IMG/VR virus record: IMGVR_UViG_3300049911_000129
Span: 35,995-99,994 of that record
Direction: 5' to 3' (one strand)
DNA: 64,000 bases
Source: a virus
Position numbers and translations under genes: made by a program. Numbering within the stretch: position 1 is the first letter of the stretch; every line of letters starts with the position of its first letter. Under the pieces are notes generated by a model, which searched no databases, had not been told where the DNA came from, and saw nothing but the letters and a program-made list of their open reading frames with translations. Positions 28,484-38,063 of the stretch are shown piece after piece.

Positions 28484-29370
28484 ACCCGGAGATCATCGTC
28501 GGAGAGTACGCGACGGCCGTCTGGCTTAACGCCATCCTCGCGCTGACCGAGCGGGGCAGGCGGGTCAGCCCGCGCGGCATAGGCACGGTCGAGCTGCGAC
28601 CGGCGATACTCGTCCTGGAGAACCCCCGGATGCGCTGGGTCGAGGTCCCCGAGCGGAAGCTGTCGAAGCGCCTCGGATACCTCGAGGCGCTGATGCTCCT
28701 GGCCGGCGTGAGCTACCCGGACCTGCTGATGAAGGCCGCGCCGCACTACTCCAATTTCGTAAACCCGGGGACGGGCGAGCTCGACGGGGCATACGGGCCG
28801 CGCGTCGGGCCGCAGCTGCCGTACGTCAGGGACCTGCTGAGGCGCGACCCGGACACCAGGCAGGCAGTCGTCACCGTCTTCGGGCCGGCCGACCACCACG
28901 AGTCGCTGGACGTGCCGTGCACGGTCAGCCTGCACTTCATGGTGCGGGACGGCGCGCTAGAGCTCATCACCTACATGAGGTCGAACGATGTCTGGCTCGG
29001 GTGGCCATATGACGTCGTGATGTTCACGGTGCTGCAGGAGGCGCTGGCCACGGACCTGGGGCTGGGGCTCGGGCAGTACACGCACGTGGACGGGTCGCTC
29101 CACCTCTACGACACCAACCGCGACAAGGTCGACCGGATCATCCACAGCTCATGGAGAATCATGCGGGCCCTGGCCTCGCCAGGCGACGCGCCGATGCCGG
29201 ATGGGGCGACGCTCGAGGAGCTGCAGGCGTACGCGGTCGAGGCGCTCGCGGCGTACCGGCGCAGCATCGAGGAGGGCTCTACCACGGAGTACGTCCTGCA
29301 GCGCGGCAGGTGGTTCCCGCCGTTCTTCGACGCGGCCATCCACGCGATGCTGAAGGGGAAGGGGGCGTAG
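28480..29370 (+). CDS. thymidylate-synthase homologue (probable dCMP hydroxymethylase/methylase type)
   Basis: AYGPR, DPDTRQAV, DVPCT, MRSNDVWLGWPYD, SLHLY. Confidence 0.9.
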   Translation: MNPEIIVGEYATAVWLNAILALTERGRRVSPRGIGTVELRPAILVLENPRMRWVEVPERKLSKRLGYLEALMLLAGVSYPDLLMKAAPHYSNFVNPGTGELDGAYGPRVGPQLPYVRDLLRRDPDTRQAVVTVFGPADHHESLDVPCTVSLHFMVRDGALELITYMRSNDVWLGWPYDVVMFTVLQEALATDLGLGLGQYTHVDGSLHLYDTNRDKVDRIIHSSWRIMRALASPGDAPMPDGATLEELQAYAVEALAAYRRSIEEGSTTEYVLQRGRWFPPFFDAAIHAMLKGKGA

Positions 29371-29372
29371 GC

Positions 29373-29654
29373 ATGCCGCACATCGAACAGAGGGAGCGCG
29401 ATGGGATAGACCCGCGCCGCGAGGGCCGCAGGAACGGCGGCGAGTGCGAGGGCCCGGGCGAGCTCAACTGGGTGCTGACGGAGGTCATCATCGGATACCT
29501 CCTGGCTAACGGGCTGCGCTACCGGACATGCAACGACATCGTCGGCGCGCTGGACAACGCCAAGGACGAGTTCCAGAGGCTCGTGCAGCACCCGTACGAG
29601 GACAAGAAGATAGCCGAGAACGGGAACGCCTATCCAGAGGAGGTATTGCCATGA
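29373..29654 (+). CDS. conserved phage protein (DUF6899-like)
   Basis: PGELN...NDIVGAL..AK.EF.R...PYEDKKI.ENG. Confidence 0.7.
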   Translation: MPHIEQRERDGIDPRREGRRNGGECEGPGELNWVLTEVIIGYLLANGLRYRTCNDIVGALDNAKDEFQRLVQHPYEDKKIAENGNAYPEEVLP

Positions 29655-30100
29655 ACCTCTACCTCGCCGGCCCGATAACGGGCTGCACCTACAAGGGGGC
29701 GACCAACTGGCGCGCGTCGTTCGCGGAGCGGGCGCAGGAGCTCGGGTACAACGTGTACAGCCCGATGCGGGGCAAGGAGCACCTGTCGCGCGTTCGGCGG
29801 CTCAGGCCGCACGGGTACGACAACCCGACGTCGACCGACAAGGCGATCATGCGCCGCGACTCGTTCGATGTCAGGCGCTCGGACGTGATCGTGGCCAACC
29901 TGAAGGGCGCCACGATAGTGAGCATCGGGACGGTGATGGAGATCGGGTGGGGATACCTGCTCGGCAAGTTCGTCATCGTAGTCATGGGGCACGACGACAA
30001 GGTACACGACCACGCGTTCGTCGAGCAGGCGGCGAGCATCATCGTCGAGACGCTCGAGGACGCCGAGACGGTGCTCGAGGTCCTGGCGGGCAGCATATAG
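29651..30100 (+). CDS. nucleoside 2-deoxyribosyltransferase-like protein
   Basis: YLAGPI, WR, RDSFDVRRSD, SIGTVMEIG. Confidence 0.85.
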   Translation: MNLYLAGPITGCTYKGATNWRASFAERAQELGYNVYSPMRGKEHLSRVRRLRPHGYDNPTSTDKAIMRRDSFDVRRSDVIVANLKGATIVSIGTVMEIGWGYLLGKFVIVVMGHDDKVHDHAFVEQAASIIVETLEDAETVLEVLAGSI

Positions 30101-30111
30101 AGGGAGGCCAG

Positions 30112-30954
30112 ATGGCAACAAAGGGCGGGGGCATAGGCAGACTGCTGCGCCAGCTCGGGTCGGATGACTGGCTCAGCCGGGTAGTGGACAACTACTTCAC
30201 GACCAAGTCCCCGGAGCGGTGGGTCCAGCCGGACTACACGATCCACCCCAGCGGATCCGGCCCGCCATGCGCGTTGGCCATCGAGCTGTGGATGCTCGGC
30301 CACCGCGGCGTTGTCAAGTCGCGCAACCGCCGCCGGATGGACAACGGGACGGACGCCCACAGGCGGTGGCAGCGGTACTTCGCCGAGATGCGGATCCTCG
30401 TGGCCAAGGAGTGGCCGCTGAGGGGCATCGACCCGACGGTGAGCGGGAAGATAGACCTGATCTTGCAGAATCCGGCGACCGGCGGCCTGTCGGTCGGGGA
30501 GATCAAGACGACCAACTCGCGGAAGTTCGCCACGCTGCCGCGGCCGACCGCGGACCGCGCTACTAACGCGAATCTCATGTACGCCTGGGATCGCGAGTGG
30601 TTCCTGCAGTTCGTCTGGTACTCGGTCAACGGCGACTACAACGGTCGGAAGTTCGTCGAGAAGTTCTTCCTGATAGAGAACACCGATGACCAGGACTTCA
30701 GGATAATCTACGTCGAGCCGACGCCGGAGCACGTCGCGGAGGCGCGGCGGGCGGCCGTGGCGGCGCAGGACGCGATACTCGGCGGCGAGCTGCTGGTGCG
30801 CTCGTTCGAGAAGGGCGACCGGGGCTGTAAGTGGTGCGACCACGACGGCGTATGCGATCTGTTGAGTAACGGGGAGGCAGGGATATGGGAGACGGTAAAG
30901 AAGCAGTTCAAGAGGCTAGGGATCCCGCTGAAGACTCCTGGACCTGGCAAGTAG
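30112..30954 (+). CDS. Cas4/RecB-like PD-(D/E)xK exonuclease
   Basis: HPS..GPPC, GTDAH, SGKIDL, GEIKT, CKWC....C. Confidence 0.8.
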   Translation: MATKGGGIGRLLRQLGSDDWLSRVVDNYFTTKSPERWVQPDYTIHPSGSGPPCALAIELWMLGHRGVVKSRNRRRMDNGTDAHRRWQRYFAEMRILVAKEWPLRGIDPTVSGKIDLILQNPATGGLSVGEIKTTNSRKFATLPRPTADRATNANLMYAWDREWFLQFVWYSVNGDYNGRKFVEKFFLIENTDDQDFRIIYVEPTPEHVAEARRAAVAAQDAILGGELLVRSFEKGDRGCKWCDHDGVCDLLSNGEAGIWETVKKQFKRLGIPLKTPGPGK

Positions 30955-31421
30955 CGACCGCGAAGGCCGAGGACTACATACAGGAGCACGGGCTTCCGGC
31001 GCCGAAGAAGCCGGTGGGGCTCGGCATGGAGTACGACTTTCCGACCGACGCCCGGTCCCTCGGGAGCGAGAAGCTCGGCGGGCTGCGTCTGATGCTGTCC
31101 GCCTACCACGGCTACGCGCTGTGGCTGACCGGCAAGGAGGAGGTCGAGCTGGACGCGTTCAAGGCCGTCTACGATATGCTGCTCGGCAGGGCGATGGACG
31201 AGGCGCAGCGCGCGAAGGAGAAGCGGGCCGTGAAGGAGATCCTGCGGTCGGTCGCCATCATGGAGAACGAGGACCTGAAGCGCCTGACTCGCGCCATCAT
31301 CGAGAGGGAGGCACGCGTCGGTCGGCTGAAGAATCAGCTGGCCATCTACGAGGCGCACCTGAGCACGCTGTCGCGCGAGCAGTCCAGGCGCGAATCCGAG
31401 GCCCGGACTGGTATTATCTAA
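30885..31421 (+). CDS. hypothetical coiled-coil phage protein
   Basis: ends LSRE.SRR; start uncertain. Confidence 0.65.
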   Translation: MGDGKEAVQEARDPAEDSWTWQVATAKAEDYIQEHGLPAPKKPVGLGMEYDFPTDARSLGSEKLGGLRLMLSAYHGYALWLTGKEEVELDAFKAVYDMLLGRAMDEAQRAKEKRAVKEILRSVAIMENEDLKRLTRAIIEREARVGRLKNQLAIYEAHLSTLSREQSRRESEARTGII

Positions 31422-31702
31422 TGGGCAGCAGCGGGCCGCAGTCGCGGGAGTGGTTCAGGAAGGGCGCGCACGTGACGGTTCCGTCGCGGTGGCGCCGGTA
31501 CGTGATCTGCTCCGACGACTGCGACTCTTGTCCGCTGGCGATCAACGGGTGCGCCCTGAGGTGCACGAGGTGGGACGACCTGGTGTGCGCGGACTGCCCG
31601 TGCCTGGCCACCGAGACCAAGTCGGGCGTACGGAAGCGCTGCGTAGACCCGTCGCAGGCGACCATCGTCGACATGCCGTGCGGGGACATGCCCCACGCGT
31701 AG
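31421..31702 (+). CDS. small Cys-rich protein
   Basis: CSDDCDSC, CADCPC. Confidence 0.5.
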   Translation: MGSSGPQSREWFRKGAHVTVPSRWRRYVICSDDCDSCPLAINGCALRCTRWDDLVCADCPCLATETKSGVRKRCVDPSQATIVDMPCGDMPHA

Positions 31703-31749
31703 GCTTTGGGCCCGCGATCCGCGGGCTATCATAGATAGGGGGTTGTGCC

Positions 31750-32235
31750 ATGGGTGACGAAGAGGAAGAGACGCCGTTGACCGACAAGAAGTCCGCCGGC
31801 GGACCACCGGGGCCGAGCCTTGTCGACTCGGTCGCGGCATGGGAGCTCCTGAAGGGCGAGATCATAGGCCAGTTGGACAAGCTGACCAGCGCGCTGCAGG
31901 AGGCCGACAACATCAGGGTCTACCTTCAGGCGGAGTACGGCGTCATGGTGCCGGACCTGCTGCCGTTCAACCGCCTCGCCACCAGTGGGGCGCTCGAGAC
32001 GACGGGGGTCGAGAAGGCTGAGCAGGACGGGCCGCTGCCGCCGATCGAGGAGGGCGCAGGCGTACGGGAGTATGTCCCGCCGCTCCAGCGGGCGGTGCAG
32101 ATCACCGAGCCGACGATCGGGCCGGCCGACGTCGAGAAGATCAGGAAGGACTCCTCGATACCGGCTGCCGGCGGCGAGTCCATGGACTCGTTCACGCAGC
32201 GCATGCTCGGCAGCATCGGCAAGACGCTCTCATAG
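31750..32235 (+). CDS. hypothetical protein
   Basis: 161 aa ORF. Confidence 0.65.
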   Translation: MGDEEEETPLTDKKSAGGPPGPSLVDSVAAWELLKGEIIGQLDKLTSALQEADNIRVYLQAEYGVMVPDLLPFNRLATSGALETTGVEKAEQDGPLPPIEEGAGVREYVPPLQRAVQITEPTIGPADVEKIRKDSSIPAAGGESMDSFTQRMLGSIGKTLS

Positions 32236-32244
32236 GGAGGAATC

Positions 32245-32841
32245 ATGGGCGACATGAAGACACTGGGGCCGGCCGTGTCCGGCATACCGCTCGACACGGT
32301 GGCGCTCAGGGCCATCGAGAACTCCGAGCTCGAGAGGCTCATACCGCGCTTCTACAACCGCGCGGAGCTCGGCGTGGAGCAGTTCCTCGGGGCGAACATC
32401 GAGCTGTCGAAGAACGCAGAGGCGTCGTTCACGCTGCCGGAGGTGGTAGAGGTCTGGTTCGAGAGCTACACGGGCGCCGAGCCAGCACTGAGCTTCCCGG
32501 ACTTCGTCAAGGGAGTGGGATGCGCGGCGCAGGCCGTCAACCCGGCGGACATCGGGATGGTGAAGGCCATGGTCAGGGAACTGTCGACGCGCGTGGCGCA
32601 GGGCGCCGGACTGCCGACACTCGACGAGGCGTTCGTCGACCAGGTGCGCGGGTGCTTCGAGGCCATACTCTCCAACGGCGAGCCGATAAGCTGGCGCGGG
32701 CTGATGGCGTTCACGGTCGGGGCGTTCTGGCTCCTCGGCTTCATCGGCCCGTCGCACCCGAAGCGCGGGATGCAGAGCCCGCTGGCGTTCGTAGAGGGAT
32801 TCGTCAGGCAGTACGCCGCGCTCGGCTACCTGCCTGCGTGA
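32245..32841 (+). CDS. hypothetical protein
   Basis: GGAGG RBS. Confidence 0.7.
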   Translation: MGDMKTLGPAVSGIPLDTVALRAIENSELERLIPRFYNRAELGVEQFLGANIELSKNAEASFTLPEVVEVWFESYTGAEPALSFPDFVKGVGCAAQAVNPADIGMVKAMVRELSTRVAQGAGLPTLDEAFVDQVRGCFEAILSNGEPISWRGLMAFTVGAFWLLGFIGPSHPKRGMQSPLAFVEGFVRQYAALGYLPA

Positions 32842-32996
32842 TTGCAAGGGGCCAGGTGAGGGAGCAACGCAGAAAACTACCCCGAGACCCTAATCCGGCG
32901 CGAAGACTTGAGGGAGACGAGGCGGCCGTGCTCGAGCCGCTGATCCCAAGGGGTAACAACGTCCAGTCGCGGGCCGGTAACCTGAGACCCTAGGAG

Positions 32997-33662
32997 GTGA
33001 CGGTGGCCAAGAAGGCGATGTTCAGCGAGGACCACCCACTGTGGAACACGCTTCTGGATATGAGGCGCGCCGGGGCCTTCCTCGAGCAGCTCGTAACGGA
33101 GGCGCATCGGCAGGGCTACACCGACCTCACGTACTCCGGCATCATGCACGGGCTGAATCGCTCGGCCGAGTACTTCGGTCAGTCGGTCCGGGGCGCACTC
33201 TGGCTGCGCAACAAGTACGCGGCTAACCTGGCGCTGATCGACACCTTCGACACCATGCGGGCGCTGACGGGCGAGTCGCTGGAGCGGCTCCAGAAGTTCC
33301 ACATCGACATGGCGGCGGCCGACACTGACGCGCGGAAGTTCCTCATCGAGCATGAGTATATCCCTGTGGAGATGAACCGGGCCTACAGGTTCGCCCAGGC
33401 CCTGGCCGAGCTCGAGATCAAGCTCCGCAACGCGCTCGGCGACAAGGCGGTGCCGAGCCCGCTGATGGTAGGGACGCAGAACGTCCTCGTATTGAGTGGA
33501 GGTGATCCGCAGTCATTCGCCGCCGAGCTGGGGCGGGCGTTCAGCGAGCTGATAGGCGCGCCCTCGCCGGAGTTGGCGGCGCTGGAGCAGTTCGGCCACG
33601 ACAACGTGCGGCCGATGAAGGACGAGGGGGAGGACCCGGGCGGCGAGGGGGAATACGAGTAG
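32997..33662 (+). CDS. putative terminase small subunit
   Basis: Position immediately before TerL, helical character; no motif proof. Confidence 0.45.
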   Translation: MTVAKKAMFSEDHPLWNTLLDMRRAGAFLEQLVTEAHRQGYTDLTYSGIMHGLNRSAEYFGQSVRGALWLRNKYAANLALIDTFDTMRALTGESLERLQKFHIDMAAADTDARKFLIEHEYIPVEMNRAYRFAQALAELEIKLRNALGDKAVPSPLMVGTQNVLVLSGGDPQSFAAELGRAFSELIGAPSPELAALEQFGHDNVRPMKDEGEDPGGEGEYE

Positions 33663-35201
33663 ATGGAGAGGACCGGCGTACCGTTCGCGGAGTTCCCGGC
33701 GCCGCTCACGGACGAGGAGTCCCGGGACATTATGCTGGCGTGCGCCTCGTTCCCGCACTTCATAGAGAAGATCTTCCCGGCGTCGTTCGAGGGCGAGACG
33801 TTCGTCATGGCGGACCGCGGGAGGCACCCGTTCGCCCTGAGCAAGCTGCACTACATGTGGGCCGGCTTCGCGCAGAAGTACCCGCGGCTCTGCGTCATGG
33901 CCCCCAGGCTGCACCTCAAGAGCACCATCCTCAACCACGCCTTCACGCTCTGGCAGATCTTCAAGGCGTGGGCGTTCGTCGACGGCATAGTCGTCTCGTA
34001 CAAGGAGGACCTGGCGCGCGACCACGTCAAGATCGCCAAGCGCCTGGCCAAGGCCAACCGCTACTTCCGGTTCTTCCAGGACCTGAAGCCGCGCTCCGAG
34101 CACGTCATCAGCTTCGTGTGCGGGTTCGGGACAGGCGAGACGTGGCACGCGGCGGTCCAGGGGATAGGCGTCATGGGGGCAAAGCGAGGGCTCCACCCCA
34201 AGTTCGTCATCTGCGACGACATCCTGAGCGACTACACTAACCCACTCGAGCCGGCCGCGATCGCGAAGATAAACTCCGTGTTCAACAACGTCATACAGTC
34301 GCTGCCCGGGCCGGACGATCCGCTGATAGTGGTCGGGACCCCGCAGTCGTACGACGACACGCTCTACAAGCTGCGCGCCAACGACGAGTTCTTCTGGATC
34401 CGCTGCCCGGCGGAGACGGATCAGGCGGACCCGAACAAGGTCGCGTGGCCGGAGCGGTTCGACAGGCGCGTGCTGAGGCAGATCAGGCGCAGGGTCGGCC
34501 GCACGGCGTACCAGGTCGAGTACCTGCTGGTTCCCCTCATGGCCGTCAACAGCCTGCTGCCGCGCGAGGCCGTGGAGCTATGCGTCGAACCCGGGCTGCA
34601 GGCCTTCTCGCTCGACGAGCCGTTCGAGAATCCGGACGGGTGGCCGGTGTACGGCGGCATGGACATAGGCAAGGAGGTCCACCCGACGCACATCGCGATT
34701 GCGGTCCAGGCGCCGGACGGGACGCTCGTGCAGGTGTACCAGCGGTTCGTGGACCACATGAAGTACGGCCAGCAGGCGAAGCTGGTCAACAAGCTGATGG
34801 AGCACTTCAACATTTCGCGGTTATACTACGACTCGACCAGGGCCGAGCTGGACGAGCGCGGGCTCACCAGGCGCGCGTACGGCCGGAAGTTCACGAAGCA
34901 ACGCAAGCCGCAGCTGGCCCTGCTCCTCGAGCGGAGGATCTTCGCGGGGCCGGACGAGGCAGGCCTGGTGCTGCTCCCTGACCCGCGCCAGGTGAGCCAG
35001 ATATGCGCGGTCAACCCGCAGCTGAAGTCGCTCGAGACCTCGGAGGGCCACGGCGACAGCTTCTGGTCGAACGCCCTCATGGTACAGGCGGCCGAGGACG
35101 GGCCGGCCATGACGGTGCTTGGCGACGCCAACGAGATATTTGGCGGGCAGCGCGGGCGGGCGACGTCAGGGCTCCCGCGGGGCTTCGAGAGTGGACGATA
35201 G
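33663..35201 (+). CDS. terL: terminase large subunit
   Basis: APRLHLKST (Walker A), RGLHP..VICDD (Walker B), VGTP, GGMDIG, HGDSFWS. Confidence 0.92.
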   Translation: MERTGVPFAEFPAPLTDEESRDIMLACASFPHFIEKIFPASFEGETFVMADRGRHPFALSKLHYMWAGFAQKYPRLCVMAPRLHLKSTILNHAFTLWQIFKAWAFVDGIVVSYKEDLARDHVKIAKRLAKANRYFRFFQDLKPRSEHVISFVCGFGTGETWHAAVQGIGVMGAKRGLHPKFVICDDILSDYTNPLEPAAIAKINSVFNNVIQSLPGPDDPLIVVGTPQSYDDTLYKLRANDEFFWIRCPAETDQADPNKVAWPERFDRRVLRQIRRRVGRTAYQVEYLLVPLMAVNSLLPREAVELCVEPGLQAFSLDEPFENPDGWPVYGGMDIGKEVHPTHIAIAVQAPDGTLVQVYQRFVDHMKYGQQAKLVNKLMEHFNISRLYYDSTRAELDERGLTRRAYGRKFTKQRKPQLALLLERRIFAGPDEAGLVLLPDPRQVSQICAVNPQLKSLETSEGHGDSFWSNALMVQAAEDGPAMTVLGDANEIFGGQRGRATSGLPRGFESGR

Positions 35202-35217
35202 GGGGTAAGATCTGAAT

Positions 35218-35442
35218 ATGCCTAACATAAACACGAGGAGGCAGCACCTGGAGGAGGCCAATAGGCGCCGAGCCCTGAGGGAGCGCGCCGGCAGCTTCGG
35301 CAGCCGCCGCGGCCAGTTCATAGACTTCATGAAGAAGCAGGGCCTGCCAGAAGAGGCGCGCGAGGCGCAGCTGCGCAAGTTCGACGAGATGATCGAGACG
35401 ATGGAGGATCAGGCGGAGGAGCAGGCGGTCGATGGTCTCTAA
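35218..35442 (+). CDS. hypothetical protein
   Basis: 74 aa ORF. Confidence 0.55.
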   Translation: MPNINTRRQHLEEANRRRALRERAGSFGSRRGQFIDFMKKQGLPEEAREAQLRKFDEMIETMEDQAEEQAVDGL

Positions 35443-35752
35443 CAGTTCGGGGTTCCAGCTGCCGTCGCCGATGGCGCGCCGCATGCAGCACCCGCAGCTG
35501 CCTGCCGAGCTGCTGGACCTGACTGAGGACGAGTACGCGGCCAAGCTGCGTGAGTGGGGCTACGGCGAGCACGCGATAGAGCAGGAGCTGGTGCGCTGGC
35601 GGGAGTACGTCGATAAGATGGTGCCGAAGCGCGTGGTTCCCGACGTCGAGGACGGCCCGATCAAGGGCAGGCTGTTCGACTCGTGGGTGCAGGCTAGGCG
35701 GCGTAGGCGGAAGCAGAAGGAAGAGGGTGACGATGGCGAGGCGGAAGAGTAG
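35432..35752 (+). CDS. hypothetical protein
   Basis: GGAGG RBS. Confidence 0.6.
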   Translation: MVSNSSGFQLPSPMARRMQHPQLPAELLDLTEDEYAAKLREWGYGEHAIEQELVRWREYVDKMVPKRVVPDVEDGPIKGRLFDSWVQARRRRRKQKEEGDDGEAEE

Positions 35753-36083
35753 CAAGATACCGGGCTCCGGCTACATGCGGCAGCCAGTGTCGGTCGCCGT
35801 GCTAGAGATGGTCGGCCAGTGGCTCATCGTTGTCGAGGACTTCGAGGACCCGACCAGGCCGTCCGGGATCGTGGTCGTGACGCCAGGGACGCTGACGACG
35901 ACGATCGGGACGGTCGTCAAGGCCGGGCCGGAGTGCGAGTTGATCGGCGTCGTCGAGGGGTCGAGGGTCCTGTTCGAGCAGTGGGCCGGAGGGCGCTGGG
36001 CGCTGAAGGACGGCGCGGGACATGACCTGCATGTTCTAATCATGAGCGCCGATTCGATCCTCGCGCTCGTAGAGGAGGGATAG
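35733..36083 (+). CDS. GroES-like co-chaperonin 1
   Basis: SGIVV, GTVVKAGP, GSRVLFEQWAG, IMSADSILA. Confidence 0.75.
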   Translation: MARRKSSKIPGSGYMRQPVSVAVLEMVGQWLIVVEDFEDPTRPSGIVVVTPGTLTTTIGTVVKAGPECELIGVVEGSRVLFEQWAGGRWALKDGAGHDLHVLIMSADSILALVEEG

Positions 36084-38063
36084 ATGGGCGTACTGGACTT
36101 CTTCCGTAGGCCCCAGAGCGGCGTGGCCGCTGCTGCGCCGAGCCCGCAGTTCGGCGGCGAGAAGGGCATGGACTTCTTCTCGTTCCTCGAGTCCCGCCTG
36201 AAGCAGGGCGGGCCGGGGCTGTCGACGGTGCAGTTCGCGCACGACACCATGCTCAAGTCGGCCGCGCAGGCGTCCGGCGGGCTCATAGGCATCAACGACT
36301 ACGGGTTCAAGGGCAAGCGCCAGTACATAGCCGATCGGCGCTACCTGTTGGACCTCTACGTCATCCACTACAACAACGCGGACATCAGGACGGTGACCAC
36401 CCACTTGCGCAACGAGATCTTCCGGCGCGGCATCGAGTGGGAGGCGGCCTTCGAGTGGAAGTGCGGACAGTGCGACAAGGAGTACACCGCCTCCGAGGCG
36501 CGCAAGCTCACGGACAAGGACGGGACCCCGCGGTGCAGGGTGTGCAAGGTCTGGACCAAGAAGGACGCGGACGGGCAGGATGTCCCGCTCGGCGTGGACG
36601 GCGAACCGGCGATAGTGGGGGTCGGTCTCAGCGACAAGCCGCTGCCGGGGGCGCCGGTCAAGCCGCCGCTCTACCAGCCGGACGAGAAGCAGAAGGACAG
36701 GTTCGAGGGGTTCCTGACCGAGGCCAACTACTTCGGGCAGAGCCTCGAGACCGTCCTCAGGGAGTGCGAGGACGACGTCAACACGGTCGACGACGCGTTC
36801 ATATACCTCCGCCCGGAGTACATCATGTCGGAGGAGGACGGGCAGCGCGCGGCCCGCGGCGAGGACGTCCACCCGCGGAAGATCGTGAAGCACGTCCTCA
36901 GGCTCGACCCGGTGCTGCTGGAGTACGACCTCGACTACCGCGGCATCCCCGGCATGCGCCACCACCTGTGCGTCTTCCACCGGGAGAACATCATGGAGGT
37001 GCCGGCCGAGGAGGGGTGGGAAGAGGAGTGGCAGGGCAGGTGCCCCGAGTGCGGGCTCCAGACATACCCGGTCTACTACAAGTACAACGAGCAGTACCTG
37101 CAGGGCGGCTACGGGTCCGCGCAGACGAAGGTCATGTACCTCCTGCGCGACGAGATCATCCACTGGAGCTACTACACGCCGACGGAGCTCTACGGCTACC
37201 CGCCCATCCTGAGCATCTACGAGAAGGCGCTGACGCTCATCGGGATGGACCGGTACGTATACGACTACTTCTACGAGCGCAAGGTCCCGCAGGGCATAAT
37301 CGCGACGACGACGGACGACACGCAGGGCATGGACCAGCGCAAGGCCGCCATCGAGGCGCGCATGCGGCAGGACCCGCACTACATACCGTGGATCGCCGTG
37401 TCGAGCAAGACCGGCCAGGGCAAGACCGAGTTCGTCAGGTTCGCCTACAGCCTGGACGAGCTCAACTACCTGCCGGTCCGCGACGAGATCAGGGAGCGCA
37501 TCGCCGGCCTCTACGGCGTGTCGGCCATATGGATGTCTGACAGCACGGCGGCGGGCGGGCTGAACAACGAGAGCCAGCAGCTGGTCGTCATGAGCCGCGT
37601 GGTCGAGGGCAAGCAGAGGGCGTACCACGAGGCCGTCTTCCCGGCGCTGCTCGCCGCGTTCGGCATCACCGACTGGCACCTGAGGCTGCTGCAGCCTGAG
37701 GAGGTGTCGGAGCTGGCCGAGCTGCAGGTCCGCACGACGAAGATGCAGTGGGCCAGCGGTATGGCCCAGATGGGGTTCGGCATCCGCTACGACCAGGGGG
37801 CCGACGAGTACGAGGTGTACGGCGACGTGAAGCCCGGCACGGAGCGCCCGCAGCAGGGCGGCGAGGGCGGCGGGGCGCCAGGCGGCGCTGCGACTGCGCC
37901 CGGCACGTTCGGGCTGATGGAGAAGGCCGACCCAGGCATGGAGGGCGAGGCCGAGGGCGACGTCGGGGAGGTCATGGAGGAGCCACCGCAGGAGCCGATG
38001 AGCACACGCGGCGACGAGGACGAGGACGCGCGGCTGGGGCTCGAGCCCGGCCTGGAGATCTAG
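36084..38063 (+). CDS. portal protein with Zn-ribbon insertions
   Basis: DDVNTVDDAF, EIIH, YGYPP, RERIAGLYGV, GGLNNE; between TerL and MuF. Confidence 0.85.
   Translation: MGVLDFFRRPQSGVAAAAPSPQFGGEKGMDFFSFLESRLKQGGPGLSTVQFAHDTMLKSAAQASGGLIGINDYGFKGKRQYIADRRYLLDLYVIHYNNADIRTVTTHLRNEIFRRGIEWEAAFEWKCGQCDKEYTASEARKLTDKDGTPRCRVCKVWTKKDADGQDVPLGVDGEPAIVGVGLSDKPLPGAPVKPPLYQPDEKQKDRFEGFLTEANYFGQSLETVLRECEDDVNTVDDAFIYLRPEYIMSEEDGQRAARGEDVHPRKIVKHVLRLDPVLLEYDLDYRGIPGMRHHLCVFHRENIMEVPAEEGWEEEWQGRCPECGLQTYPVYYKYNEQYLQGGYGSAQTKVMYLLRDEIIHWSYYTPTELYGYPPILSIYEKALTLIGMDRYVYDYFYERKVPQGIIATTTDDTQGMDQRKAAIEARMRQDPHYIPWIAVSSKTGQGKTEFVRFAYSLDELNYLPVRDEIRERIAGLYGVSAIWMSDSTAAGGLNNESQQLVVMSRVVEGKQRAYHEAVFPALLAAFGITDWHLRLLQPEEVSELAELQVRTTKMQWASGMAQMGFGIRYDQGADEYEVYGDVKPGTERPQQGGEGGGAPGGAATAPGTFGLMEKADPGMEGEAEGDVGEVMEEPPQEPMSTRGDEDEDARLGLEPGLEI

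Noticed and set aside
30112-30954. Cas4-like gene as part of CRISPR-Cas
   Set aside because: No other cas genes or array; solo Cas4-like nucleases are common in phage replication modules
13007-35201. Inteins or introns in polymerase, helicase, RecA or terminase
   Set aside because: Lengths are accounted for by known domains; no intein splice motifs or frame breaks seen
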